DNA from: Candidatus Poribacteria bacterium
GTDB taxonomy: Bacteria; Poribacteria; WGA-4E; PCPOR2b
Length of the DNA stretch: 64,000 bases
Direction of reading: 5' to 3'
Assembly: GCA_965215015.1 (NCBI GenBank)
Contig: OZ244042.1
Coordinates: forward strand, 704,001 to 768,000
This document shows, one piece after another, positions 50,754 through 61,457 of this stretch. A program made the position numbers and the translations under genes. Each line of letters begins with the position of its first letter. The first letter of the stretch is position 1. The notes under the pieces are model-generated. The model was not told the origin of the DNA. It saw only the letters and a list, made by a program, of their open reading frames with translations, and ran no database searches.

Positions 50754-51713
50754 CTAAATCAACTTATGCAGCTTCTCAAAATAAGCACGGATGCCAGCCA
50801 TCCCCCAATGCACATCCACCCCCAGCCTTTTTACTTTCTCAGAACTTATTGCGGCGGACTTTGGGAGTTTATGTTGAACAACTTCGGCTTTGCCGCCGGT
50901 TACCTCGCGTGCCAATTGTGCCAGTTCTTGGTTATACACAAACATATCACACAGGTTAAAGACCTGACCAAATGCCGCGGGGTTATCCACTGCCGCTGTC
51001 AGTGCCGTTGCAACATTATCGACAGCGACAACATCGCATCCGAATGTGCTTTCGTATTTTACATCCCCTTGGACTGTCTCAAAGATGTCCCGCCAGACGG
51101 TCTTCTCCAGATGGGGATGGACGCCATATATCCATGCACAACGGAAAGCGGTTGTATGCAGCTCGAATTGTGCATAGTACGTCCGACACGCTGATTCTAA
51201 GATGGTGTTGTGCACGACATAGGTATTTTGAGGAGAAATCAGCGGTGAATTCTCTGTAATCGGAATCTGGCACACATCCGCCGGTGTATAAACATCGGAA
51301 CGGAGGGAGTAGGTACTCGTCGTACAGATGAACTGACGGACTTTGGCAAGGCGAGAAAACTCAAGCAATGTCAGTGATCCAAAGATATTGGAACGAAGGT
51401 ATTCAAGTTGTCGGTGCTCTGTCGTGGAATCATAGGCGGTATGGATGACAACGTCCGCCCCCTCAACGAATGTGCATAGTGCATCGTCATCGGTCATATC
51501 GCCCCTGCATATCTCGACCCCCAATTTTTCCAGCCAAGAGGTTTCTCTTACTGGGCGCACAAACGCGCGGATACGGTGTCCTGCCTCGACAAGCGACCTA
51601 ACTGTATGCGATCCGACAAATCCTGTAGCTCCTGTCACTGCAACGTACATGTAATGCTCTCTTACTAAAAAAATATTATTGTCTCGACGGTTAATATATG
51701 TTAAATGTATCAT
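50754..51713 (-). CDS. NAD-dependent epimerase/dehydratase family protein
   Basis: TGATGFVG motif. The real start is probably the MYVAV Met. Confidence 0.85.
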   Translation of the reverse strand: MIHLTYINRRDNNIFLVREHYMYVAVTGATGFVGSHTVRSLVEAGHRIRAFVRPVRETSWLEKLGVEICRGDMTDDDALCTFVEGADVVIHTAYDSTTEHRQLEYLRSNIFGSLTLLEFSRLAKVRQFICTTSTYSLRSDVYTPADVCQIPITENSPLISPQNTYVVHNTILESACRTYYAQFELHTTAFRCAWIYGVHPHLEKTVWRDIFETVQGDVKYESTFGCDVVAVDNVATALTAAVDNPAAFGQVFNLCDMFVYNQELAQLAREVTGGKAEVVQHKLPKSAAISSEKVKRLGVDVHWGMAGIRAYFEKLHKLI

Positions 51714-51856
51714 ATTTGGCGGGAAATGTCAACGCTCCAATTCGGAGGGTTAGGGTTATTTAGCTTTCGGCTTTCTCTCTGTCTAAGCGATATGTCGGGA
51801 TTCGGAGCTCCCTCCTACAGGAGAACTAAATGCCCCCAATTCTTGCGACTTACCGA

Positions 51857-51885
51857 TTGACAGGGGTTTGGCTAGACTGTATAAT
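51857..51885 (+). promoter_or_regulatory. Consensus sigma70 promoter
   Basis: Exact TTGACA-N17-TATAAT upstream of the phyH gene at 51938. Confidence 0.85.
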
Positions 51886-51937
51886 AATATGTGCGTTTTA
51901 GGCAACCTTTTAACCATCCCAATCAACGAGGCAATCT

Positions 51938-52828
51938 ATGCCAACTGAGATCAAACCCTTTGTCGAATCGAATGACCTACTCGATCAACCCGATATGCTA
52001 AGGGTCCGGGCGAAACGAGACGGGTATCTTTTCTTTCGTAACCTGATTGACCCCGACACGATTCTCCAACTCCGCCGAGATTTTCTCGAAATCTGCAATA
52101 GATACGGTTGGATTAAGGAAGGAACGGATTTGATGGATGGGATCCGAAACGGAGGTCCGTACATGGAAGGACAGGAAGAATACTGGCCCATCCTCAACGA
52201 CTTTCAAAGCTTGGAATCTTTCCACGCCTTCGCCCACTACCCATCAATCCTTGATGTTTGCGACAAACTATTTGGCGAACCGACGCTTCCCCATCCACGA
52301 AATATCGGACGAATCATGTTTCCCGAAAATATCAAGTATACGACACCTGCCCACCAGGACTATATCCATATTCAAGGCACGGAGGAGACCTATACCGCTT
52401 GGATTCCCTTGGGCGATTGTCCACAATATTTCGGGGGCTTAGCAGTGCTCGCTGGGTCCCATAAGTTTAATGTTCTACCGACGAAGCGGGCTGATGGTGC
52501 CGGCGGCTTGGGTGTGGAAACCGACCATTTAAACCTCACATGGGTCTCGGCGGATTATCGAATTGGCGACTTTTTGCTTTTCCAAAGTCTCGCTGTTCAT
52601 AAGGCACTTCCCAATCAAACGAAAGATCGGCTCCGTCTTTCCGTCGATTATCGCTATCAAGGTCAATCTCAACCGATTACGGAAGGCTCGCTCCTGCCAC
52701 ACTTCAATCGCATGTCATGGGAAGAAATCTATAAGGGCTGGAAATCAGAGGAATACCAGTACTATTGGAAAGATTTGGATCTGAAGTGTGTGCCTTTTAC
52801 CAGGAAATATCACGAAGCCAAACGTTAA
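51938..52828 (+). CDS. Phytanoyl-CoA dioxygenase (PhyH) family protein
   Basis: TTPAHQD, TAWIPLGD and HKALPN..RLSVDYRY motifs. Confidence 0.9.
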   Translation: MPTEIKPFVESNDLLDQPDMLRVRAKRDGYLFFRNLIDPDTILQLRRDFLEICNRYGWIKEGTDLMDGIRNGGPYMEGQEEYWPILNDFQSLESFHAFAHYPSILDVCDKLFGEPTLPHPRNIGRIMFPENIKYTTPAHQDYIHIQGTEETYTAWIPLGDCPQYFGGLAVLAGSHKFNVLPTKRADGAGGLGVETDHLNLTWVSADYRIGDFLLFQSLAVHKALPNQTKDRLRLSVDYRYQGQSQPITEGSLLPHFNRMSWEEIYKGWKSEEYQYYWKDLDLKCVPFTRKYHEAKR

Positions 52829-52871
52829 TTCCACTCCCCTCTTAAAGGCAAAAACTCATCAAGGAGAAACC

Positions 52872-54086
52872 GTGAAGATTACACAGATCGAAACCATCCG
52901 CGTTAAAGCCCAGCCACATAATATCTGGGTCCATGTCCACACCGATTCTGGTATCGTCGGCTTGGGGGAAACCTTCTATGCTCCATCGGTTGTTCGGGCG
53001 GCGATTCATGACTTTTTCGGGCCCCTCTTGATTGGTCGTGATCCATTCGAGATTGAGCGGCATTGGGAGGCGATGTTCCGCCTGTCTGACCATGCCGGGT
53101 ACGGCGGCGCAGAGATGCGGGCGATTTCGGCACTCGACATCGCTCTCTGGGATATAAAGGGTCAAGCGGTCGGATTGCCAGTCTACGAACTCCTCGGCGG
53201 TGCGGTTCGCAAACGCATCCGTGTCTACGCCACCTCGATGCCTTATGAAGGTGCAGGGGATGCAGCAAAACAGCTGCTTGATGAGGGCATCACCGCAATT
53301 AAAGGTGGACCTACTATCCCACTAGCAATTGCGAGCGATGGTCAGTTTCTCTCGCCGAAAGACCTCGACCGTGCACTCAAGCCAATCCGCGAGATTCGGG
53401 ATATGGTTGGTATGGAGATGCAGATTGCCAACGATGGTCACGGCAAATGGACGTTGCCCGTAGCGATTCGGATTGCACAGGCGATGGAACCGTACGACAT
53501 GATGTGGCAGGAGGACCTGATGCCGCTGCTCAACCCAGAAGCCCTTTTACGACTCCAAGAAGCCACAAAAACACCAGTTTGCATTTCTGAACGTCTACTC
53601 AGCCGGTGGCAACTTCGACAGTTCATTGAAAACGGCTCAGCTCGTATCGTTATGCCGGATTTAATCTGGACGGGCGGCGTTTCTGAAACGCACAAGGTTG
53701 CCATCCTTGCCTCGGCGCATCAGGTGCCATTTGCCCCGCACGATGCCACGGGACCCGTGAACATCTTTGCCTGTGCCCATATCTGCGTGAGTTCTCCAAA
53801 CGCTATGATACAGGAGCATGTGCCAAGTTTCTACAAGGGTTGGTATAACGATTTCGTTGATCCGAACCTTGACATCCGTGACGGCTTCCTCTACGCCCCG
53901 CAACGACCAGGAATCGGCACACAGCTGAAGCCCGAAGTTCGAGACAGATCAGATGCCGTTGTGACTGTGAGTGACGAACCGAGTCAGAGCACCATCGACC
54001 ATTGGGGGCCAACGTCGGTACGTAGCGCGGAGACAGAGGCAGAAGTCCAGCGGCTGCGGGAGGAACGTCTCCCACAATCTACATGA
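52872..54086 (+). CDS. Mandelate racemase/muconate lactonizing enzyme family dehydratase
   Basis: GLGE, SALDIALWDIKGQ, D.HG, E.., SE, PD..WTGG and PHD motifs. GTG start follows aaggag. Confidence 0.88.
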   Translation: MKITQIETIRVKAQPHNIWVHVHTDSGIVGLGETFYAPSVVRAAIHDFFGPLLIGRDPFEIERHWEAMFRLSDHAGYGGAEMRAISALDIALWDIKGQAVGLPVYELLGGAVRKRIRVYATSMPYEGAGDAAKQLLDEGITAIKGGPTIPLAIASDGQFLSPKDLDRALKPIREIRDMVGMEMQIANDGHGKWTLPVAIRIAQAMEPYDMMWQEDLMPLLNPEALLRLQEATKTPVCISERLLSRWQLRQFIENGSARIVMPDLIWTGGVSETHKVAILASAHQVPFAPHDATGPVNIFACAHICVSSPNAMIQEHVPSFYKGWYNDFVDPNLDIRDGFLYAPQRPGIGTQLKPEVRDRSDAVVTVSDEPSQSTIDHWGPTSVRSAETEAEVQRLREERLPQST

Positions 54087-54233
54087 GGAATGTAACGCAA
54101 ATGCAAGGGCGCAAGGATTTTTTTGCGCCCTTGCATTTGATTTTCTTCCGCCTAAACGGTCGTTTAGCCTCGTCTCGGATGGAACATGGGTTCAAGAGTT
54201 CATGGGTTTATTCACGCATAAGGAGATCTAATC

Positions 54234-55007
54234 ATGAGTATCAGAACGAATAAGTTGAAGCAAAAATTAGCAGAAGGCGGATTGGTACTAAGTGGTGGTG
54301 TACGCCTACCTGAACCGGGTCTTGTTGAGGTGATGGGATATGCCGGGGTTGATTATGTCCTGATTGACGCAGAGCACGGCTCTATGGGTTGGACGGAAAT
54401 AGAGCGGATGGTTCTTGCTGCCTATGCGGCGGATACCACACCCATCGTTCGCGTCCACCAGAACGATGAAGCGAGAATTATGCGTGCGCTCGATCTGGGC
54501 GCGATGGGAGTGCTTGTCCCGCACATCCGCAACGCTGAAGAGGCGCAGCAGGTCGTGGACGGTGCATACTACCCGCCGCAGGGCAAACGCGGTGTGGGTC
54601 CCAGTCGAGGCATCAAGTTTGGAGCGGTGTCGTCGGCAGACTATTATGCCAATATCAACAATGAGGTCTCCGTCTCGTTGATGATCGAAGATGCCGAAGC
54701 AATCGACAATATTAATAAAATTGTGGAGGTCGAAGGCATTGATGTCCTGAATGTAGGAACAAGCGATTTGGCGGCTTCGTTGGGTGTGCCGGGGCAGCCG
54801 TTGCACGCGAAGGTCGCCGCAGCCTCCGAGAAGGTGCTCGCCGCTGCGGCGCGAAAAGGCATCGCTGTCGGTTATCCGACCCGCAGCTTGGAAGATGGGG
54901 TACAAGCGATAAAACGCGGGTTCCGCGTGCTGTCTTGCGGTAACGCAGCTCCAATACTTTTTGAAGCTGTCCAGCAAAAGCTGGAGGTATTGCGAGGCGC
55001 GCTGTAA
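54234..55007 (+). CDS. HpcH/HpaI class II aldolase
   Basis: IDAEHG, YPPQGKRG, MIED and GTSDL motifs. Confidence 0.9.
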   Translation: MSIRTNKLKQKLAEGGLVLSGGVRLPEPGLVEVMGYAGVDYVLIDAEHGSMGWTEIERMVLAAYAADTTPIVRVHQNDEARIMRALDLGAMGVLVPHIRNAEEAQQVVDGAYYPPQGKRGVGPSRGIKFGAVSSADYYANINNEVSVSLMIEDAEAIDNINKIVEVEGIDVLNVGTSDLAASLGVPGQPLHAKVAAASEKVLAAAARKGIAVGYPTRSLEDGVQAIKRGFRVLSCGNAAPILFEAVQQKLEVLRGAL

Positions 55008-55112
55008 CTCGGCATTTTTAACGCAAGGGCACCGGGGTGCAAAGACTCAAAATCTTTGCGTCCTTGAGTTGACATCTTTCTCAACCGACCATTTAGAAAG
55101 GCAACAAGAGTT

Positions 55113-56090
55113 ATGGAATATGTGAACTTCGGAAAAGCGGGCGTTCAAGTGAGTCGATTGGCACTCGGTTTAGGGTTCAGAGGACAGGGGGATGAAGCTG
55201 AGGCGCAGCGAGTCATCGAACACACAATTGATCAGGGAATCAACCTGATTGACTGTGCCAACGTATACGGGACAATGGACGACCGTGCCAACATCGGTCG
55301 TTCAGAAATTATTCTGGGGAAAGCCCTGAAGGGTAAACGTGACGATGTTGTAATTACCTCAAAGGTTGCTAGCCCAATCGGCGATGGACCAAACGACCAA
55401 GGGTTGTCTAGATTCCATATCATGCGCGAAGTTGAAAAATCGCTAACTCGTTTGGACACAGATCATATTGATGTTTACCTCGTCCATACATTTGATGAAT
55501 CCACTCCCCTTGAGGAGACGATTCGCGCATTGGATGACATAGTTCGTTCAGGCAAAGTCCGCTATGTTGGATGTTGTAACTATGCAGCATGGCAGGTCTG
55601 CAAGGGCTTGTGGGTCGCGGATCGGTACAATGCGACGCCGTATATGTGCGTCCAGAATCAATACAATCTGCTGACCCGGCAGCTTGAGGGCGAAATGTTC
55701 GCGCTTGTGCGGGACCAAGGATTGGGGGTCATGGTATACAGTCCGTTGGCGGTGGGCCTTTTAAGCGGCGTCTATTCACCAGACCGCCCTGCACCGGAGG
55801 GAACCCTCTGGGCAACACGGCTGCGGGAGGAATTTCCAGCAGCAATACAGGGAGCTGCAAGTCAGGTTATATCAACTGTGATTGAACTTGCGAAAGAATT
55901 GGGGGTAACACCCGCACAATTGGCACTCGCTTGGGTGCTATCCCACCCAGAAATCACGGTCGCGATTACGGGTGGAGACACCATCGAGCACCTGAACGAT
56001 AACATCGGTGCGGTTGGCTGGAGGCTTGACGACTCGGTGCGGGAAACCCTCGACACTGTATCAGAAGCGTTCAGGTTCACGGGTGGGTAG
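55113..56090 (+). CDS. Aldo/keto reductase
   Basis: DCANVY, SLTRLDTDHIDVY, GKVRYVG, QNQYNL and YSPLA motifs. Confidence 0.92.
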   Translation: MEYVNFGKAGVQVSRLALGLGFRGQGDEAEAQRVIEHTIDQGINLIDCANVYGTMDDRANIGRSEIILGKALKGKRDDVVITSKVASPIGDGPNDQGLSRFHIMREVEKSLTRLDTDHIDVYLVHTFDESTPLEETIRALDDIVRSGKVRYVGCCNYAAWQVCKGLWVADRYNATPYMCVQNQYNLLTRQLEGEMFALVRDQGLGVMVYSPLAVGLLSGVYSPDRPAPEGTLWATRLREEFPAAIQGAASQVISTVIELAKELGVTPAQLALAWVLSHPEITVAITGGDTIEHLNDNIGAVGWRLDDSVRETLDTVSEAFRFTGG

Positions 56091-56387
56091 CCTTTGAAAA
56101 GATTGGGCGTTAACCTGTCGTATGTGCATAGTCAAAAATCGATATGTTATCCACAATTAATTTTCTAGTACAAGTTGCTCCTAAACCGGGAAGAACATCA
56201 CTTACGCAGAACGTTCAGGAGTGTTATAGCTGCTTGGGTTCCCTCACATACCACTCCGTTGGAGCGAAAGATTGAACCTTTCAACTTTAACGGAAGACCG
56301 ATGAAATTTTTAATAGACACCGACTCAAGTTAATTCAAGCAAAACCTTCCCGACAACTTCCATTTCAATTGTGCGTGATCGGAGATT

Positions 56388-57551
56388 ATGGACTCAACGA
56401 AAAATAGGATCGAACCTATCTGGACAACGATAGATGATAAAACGAGGTATCCCATCTATATTGGAACTGATATTATTTCCGAATTTGGGGGTCTCTTTAA
56501 GGAGCATCTGCCGCGTTGCTCTCAGGCGTTATTGGTGACCAATCAAACCGTTGAAGAAGTTCATGCCGCTAAAATCTCCCAAATTTCTGAGAACCTCGCA
56601 AATCTCGGAGTAGACCTAATCGTTGAAGCGATTCCAGAAGGGGAAAGAACAAAATCCTATTGGGGCCTTGGGATGTTGTACGATTTCTTCGCGGAGCATC
56701 AGTTGGATAGGCAATCTGTCATTATCGCAATGGGAGGCGGCGTCATCGGCGACTTGGCGGGATTTGCTGCGAGTACGTTTTTGCGTGGGCTTCCATTGAT
56801 TCATATTCCCACCACACTCATCGCTCAAGCTGACAGTAGCCTTGGCGGGAAGGTCGCCATCAATCTGGCGAGACTAAAGAACATCGTCGGCGGGTTTTAC
56901 CATCCAGAAATGATCTTCATGGATGTCAGCTTTCTGCAAACCCTCAACTTGCGAGAGTTAAGGGCGGGTCTTGCCGAGGTGGTCAAGTACGCTGTAATTA
57001 TGGACGGAGAGCTATTTAACTATTTAGAGGCTAACGTAGAGAATATAATCGCGAAAGATTCTGATGTTTTAGAAAAACTGGTTAGAAGATGTTGTGAACA
57101 TAAAATTGCAGTTGTGGAGGCGGATCCGGAAGAAAGAACCGACCGCCGGGCTATTCTAAATTATGGGCACACGATTGGACATGCCTTAGAATCACTCTAT
57201 CACAGATACTTACACGGCGAAGCGGTTTCTGTGGGCATGGTTGCAGCCTCACACCTTGCAGTTAAAACGCAGATTTTCCCTCCCGCAGATGCTGAGAGAC
57301 AATCAAAGTTATTATCTAGAATTGGCCTGCCGACCGAGGCGTTAGGCGTTTCGATAGATCCGTTGCTTCAACCGATGTTATATGATAAAAAGCGGCGGGG
57401 GAACACTTTGCGATTTGTGTTGCCGACAAAAATTGGGGCAATAACCATAAAGGACGTACCCAAAAAGGATCTCCCGGATTTGCTTCAATACTTGGTAGAA
57501 AAGAGGGTCTTTAGTCCGTCAGAAAATGCTATCGCTACCTATGGGGGATAG
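56388..57551 (+). CDS. aroB: 3-dehydroquinate synthase
   Basis: GE..K, GGGVIGD, PTTLIAQADSS.GGK, LNYGHT.GH, HGEAV and DKK motifs. Confidence 0.93.
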   Translation: MDSTKNRIEPIWTTIDDKTRYPIYIGTDIISEFGGLFKEHLPRCSQALLVTNQTVEEVHAAKISQISENLANLGVDLIVEAIPEGERTKSYWGLGMLYDFFAEHQLDRQSVIIAMGGGVIGDLAGFAASTFLRGLPLIHIPTTLIAQADSSLGGKVAINLARLKNIVGGFYHPEMIFMDVSFLQTLNLRELRAGLAEVVKYAVIMDGELFNYLEANVENIIAKDSDVLEKLVRRCCEHKIAVVEADPEERTDRRAILNYGHTIGHALESLYHRYLHGEAVSVGMVAASHLAVKTQIFPPADAERQSKLLSRIGLPTEALGVSIDPLLQPMLYDKKRRGNTLRFVLPTKIGAITIKDVPKKDLPDLLQYLVEKRVFSPSENAIATYGG

Positions 57552-58276
57552 TTTTTATGTCGAAATAACGCAAGTTGCTCCATTGGAGCTTTTCGTTAGT
57601 TCATTGAATATATATAGTACTCCCTTTCTCATAAGATTGGGAAATTCAAAACAAGCATCGGGCAACCAGCCAGAAACGAAGTGCTTGTCCACAATTGCCT
57701 CAAGCACATTAATCCATATTTATTACGACTTACGCGCTCCGATTGTGAAAATCGTTAACCCTATTTCATACCACGCATGAATATGACTTTGACATACGAC
57801 AATGGAAATCCAATCGTGGACACAGGTTTTCCAACCTGTGGTCGCCGGCAGGTTAGGCAACTTACCCCATGACGGGGTTCCCCCAAGGTTCTGATTGCTT
57901 CATCTGCGTGAGCCCTATTCATATCTCAATATCTCAATGCCGATTTTGGAAAATCAACCGACAGCAGGGTAGCTGCACCAATGAACTAGTTGTTTTCACG
58001 TTTGACGCCTCACGCGCTTCGCGTATTGCACTTTCTTTCGTAATGAGTAGTTATTGGCTTTTCTCTGAATTTAACGCAACATTGCACCCCCCGCAAGCGG
58101 GGAGAGGGGGAGGCGGGAAGCCGGTTCTCTCGTTTTCTTTTTTTGGCATCTTAGCCCCCTTGCATCTTTGCGTTTTATTAAAAGCTAGTAACAACTTATC
58201 CCCTTTCTTTTAACATGAACCTTGAAATGTTAGGAGAGAATCCCTAAAATTCGACACTCAGAAATGGAGGAATATA

Positions 58277-59476
58277 ATGTCCGAAACGATGCAAACCAGT
58301 TTCGATCTGTTACTTAAAGGTGGCCACGTCATTGACCCCAAAAACAACATCGATCAGACGATGGATGTTGGGATTGCGGATGGGAAAATCGCACGCGTGG
58401 CAGAGAACATTCCGGAGGTTGAAGGAGAAAAGGTTGTTCATGTCGATGGGCTTTACGTCACGCCCGGCTTACTGGATATACACGTTCACGCCTACGCCGG
58501 CACCGGTCAGCGAAACGCCTACTGCGGCGATAATTCCCTATATCCCGATGGATACCATTTTCGCACAGGTGTGACGACGGTTCTTGATGTTGGAAGCTCA
58601 GGGTGGCGAAATTTCCCCGATTTCAAAGACCGCGTCATTGACCGAGCGAAGACCCGCGTTTTTGCACTGCTCAACATCGTGGGACACGGCATGGGTGGCG
58701 GTGCCATCGAGCAGAATATAGCGGATATGGAGCCCGAAGCAACGGCGAAAGTCGCTGAACGATACCCCGATATTGTTGTGGGAATTAAGACCGCACACTA
58801 CGCAGGGCCTGAGTGGATCGGGGTTGACCGCGCTGTGGAAGCTGGGCGATTGGTGAGCTTGCCGGCCATGATTGATTTTGGCGCATTTCGTCCGGAGCGT
58901 CCTTATCCAGAGATGATACTTGAGCATATACGCCCCGGCGACATCAGCACTCACATGTACCAAGCCGCGATACCCATGTTCGATGAGAAGGGGAAGTTGC
59001 AGCCATACTTTGCAGAAGCTCGCGAGCGCGGAGTCAAGTTTGACGTGGGACACGGCGCTGGAAGTTTCGTATGGAAACATGCAATACCTGCCATCGAACA
59101 GGGGTGGATACCAGATTCCATTTCGACAGACCTCCACACCGGTTGCATGAATGCCGGGATGAAGGACATGGTAACAACGATATCAAAGATTCTGAATCAA
59201 GGCGTTCCTCTGTTCGATGTCATCAAAATGTCAACGATTAATCCGGCCTTAATGATCAATCGCCCCGAATATGGCCACTTGAGTGTCGGTGCGACAGCGG
59301 ATGTCGCCGTGCTCAAACTAAATGAGGGCGAATTTGGATTTCTAGATGTCAGCAGGGCACTCTTCGTAGGGAATCAGAAGCTAGAGTGTGAGTTGACTTT
59401 GATCGATGGACAGGTTGAGTGGGATCTGAACGGACGCGCTGGTGTGGATTGGCAGGAGTTTTATGCCACGGCGTAG
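58277..59476 (+). CDS. Amidohydrolase/deacetylase-family metallohydrolase (dihydroorotase-like)
   Basis: PGLLDIHVH, GVTTVLD.GS, THMY, FDVGHG and ISTDLH motifs. Confidence 0.85.
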   Translation: MSETMQTSFDLLLKGGHVIDPKNNIDQTMDVGIADGKIARVAENIPEVEGEKVVHVDGLYVTPGLLDIHVHAYAGTGQRNAYCGDNSLYPDGYHFRTGVTTVLDVGSSGWRNFPDFKDRVIDRAKTRVFALLNIVGHGMGGGAIEQNIADMEPEATAKVAERYPDIVVGIKTAHYAGPEWIGVDRAVEAGRLVSLPAMIDFGAFRPERPYPEMILEHIRPGDISTHMYQAAIPMFDEKGKLQPYFAEARERGVKFDVGHGAGSFVWKHAIPAIEQGWIPDSISTDLHTGCMNAGMKDMVTTISKILNQGVPLFDVIKMSTINPALMINRPEYGHLSVGATADVAVLKLNEGEFGFLDVSRALFVGNQKLECELTLIDGQVEWDLNGRAGVDWQEFYATA

Positions 59477-59717
59477 GTGTATTTAAGTAACCCTCTTGCT
59501 AAAAAGTCAATTGATTGAAGGGTGCTCATAAAGTGGTAGGCACGCTCCGTCGTGCCGTAGACCCCACAATCGTTACGGGATATGGCTTGGTTAACACCCA
59601 ACTGCCACTAAACTCGCACCCCGAGTGGGGACAAACAAAATATCCCCAACCCTGTCGGTGCGGCAGCTTGCCCCATCTACCACCTGAGACCAATAATGGA
59701 AAGCCAATCACAACCGA

Positions 59718-60730
59718 CTATCTCCCGGCTGCCTTAATCTGTCCCCAATATGTGGCGACATTCCCCTCCAACGAGACAGATAAAGCATGAACCGACCAAT
59801 CCGGTGAAAAATCAATCCGCGCCGGATGATCAACCAACTGGACAATTTCCTTTGTCTCAAAGGTGTATCGATAAATATCGTAAAAGTTCCTTCGATTTAC
59901 TTGAGGGCCCCCTCCAAAGAGAAGGTGCTTTCCATCCGGAGACCAACAAAGCGTGTCCAACAAAAATCCCTCCGGCAACGGCAGTGCTACCCGCTTGTGC
60001 TTCCAACGCTTGGCCCTCACTCTCGTGGCAAGCATCAGCGTCCCAGCCCAGACTTTATTATCTTTCCAAGTGAAATACGCAATCTGTGTTCCATCCGGGG
60101 ACCATTCGGCATTCCCTTTACCAAACCTCTCCTCCCGTGGGCTGACGGGGTGTATATTTTTCCCATTGGGGCTCATTAAATAAATCCCACTGCCGCCAAA
60201 CTGAACCCGTTCAAAGGCAATCCATCTACCATCCGGAGACCACACCGGGTTAGCGGTAAACTAAACTCTCTATCGCGTCTATAATCGGTCAACCTACGGA
60301 CATTCTGACCATCGGCGTCCATAACGTAAGTATTGATACCACCATCGCGATTACTGAGAAAGAGAATCTGCTTCCCGTCGGGAGACCAATCGGGAGAGCC
60401 ATCGAGACCGGGGTGTTGAGTGAGGTTACGCACGTTGCTCCCATCGGCATCCATCACATAAATATCATCGTCTCCAACAAGAATCTCTGGATTTTTAGAA
60501 CGGTTGCTTATAAAAGCGATTTGCTTCCCGTCAGGAGACCAGTCGGCACGAAAATCACGAGCCGGGTGTTGGGTGAGGTTACGTAGGTTACCACCATTGG
60601 CATCCATCACATAAATTTCCGCGTTTCCATCACGGGTGGTCTCAAAGACAATTTTACCATTTAGGGCAGTTACTTGCCCTACTACGATAGAAAGCAGAAA
60701 CAGTACCAACAGAAAAACAGCGCGTTGCAT
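59718..60730 (-). pseudogene. TolB-like (PD40 repeat) exported beta-propeller, frameshifted by a 5-bp duplication
   Basis: WSPDG repeats occur in both ORFs. Removing one AAACT copy at 60258-60267 restores DREFTANPVWSPDG. Confidence 0.8.
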
Positions 60731-61457
60731 GATATACCTCCTTATGAGTTGAAAAGGTAGGGGATAACGATTATTATCCCCTACAGTTGAAAGTCGCTTG
60801 ATACCAAGGGACCTCTAGAGGAAAAAATCATATACCTCACTGGCTTTGGGGGTGCTAAACAAGTGTGTTGTTAGCCCACCCTCGACTGTTCTCACTCGCA
60901 ATTGGGTGTATGCTCTGATCCTATGCAGCCCGACTCGGCCGGAGACATCTACCATGTTCCACCACCAGTTAATATCATTTTCGCCGTTGTCCAGTGTGTC
61001 TGCACCCGGGGGTGCTACCTGGTCTATCGTGTCATCGTCAACGAATTGCTCCTGGGCATTGGGAAGAATCTGGTAGACCTTGTGTGAAAACTCAAAGGAG
61101 CGAAGTCAATTCGCCTGTGCGAATTAGTCTCGAATTGGATTGTCCACAATCGAGCGTTGAAACACAACACAATGATGCAAGTACCATGCCAATACTCGAT
61201 ATGCCGTATCTATTGAGGGCACCCGCATGTAAATATTTTTCTTGGCGATAGCAGGAATTGAGGTAATGTATAAACCCTTCAAACCGATAAGGAGCACATC
61301 AAATGGCTGATACACCTATGACTTCCATAGAAACCCATTTTTCCGAATTAATAGTCCCATTGTCCGCGTTGGTGTTCAGTAAGTGACCAGAGGTGTTCAT
61401 AAAATAGCCAAGGTGAGGGAAACTTTGTATGCACTATCAGATCCCACACGCATGAGT

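Noticed and set aside
60815-61400. Possible degraded gene on the minus strand (…HKVYQILPNAQEQFVDDDTIDQ…YDFFL*)
   Set aside because: Interrupted by stops, with no clear start and no recognisable family.
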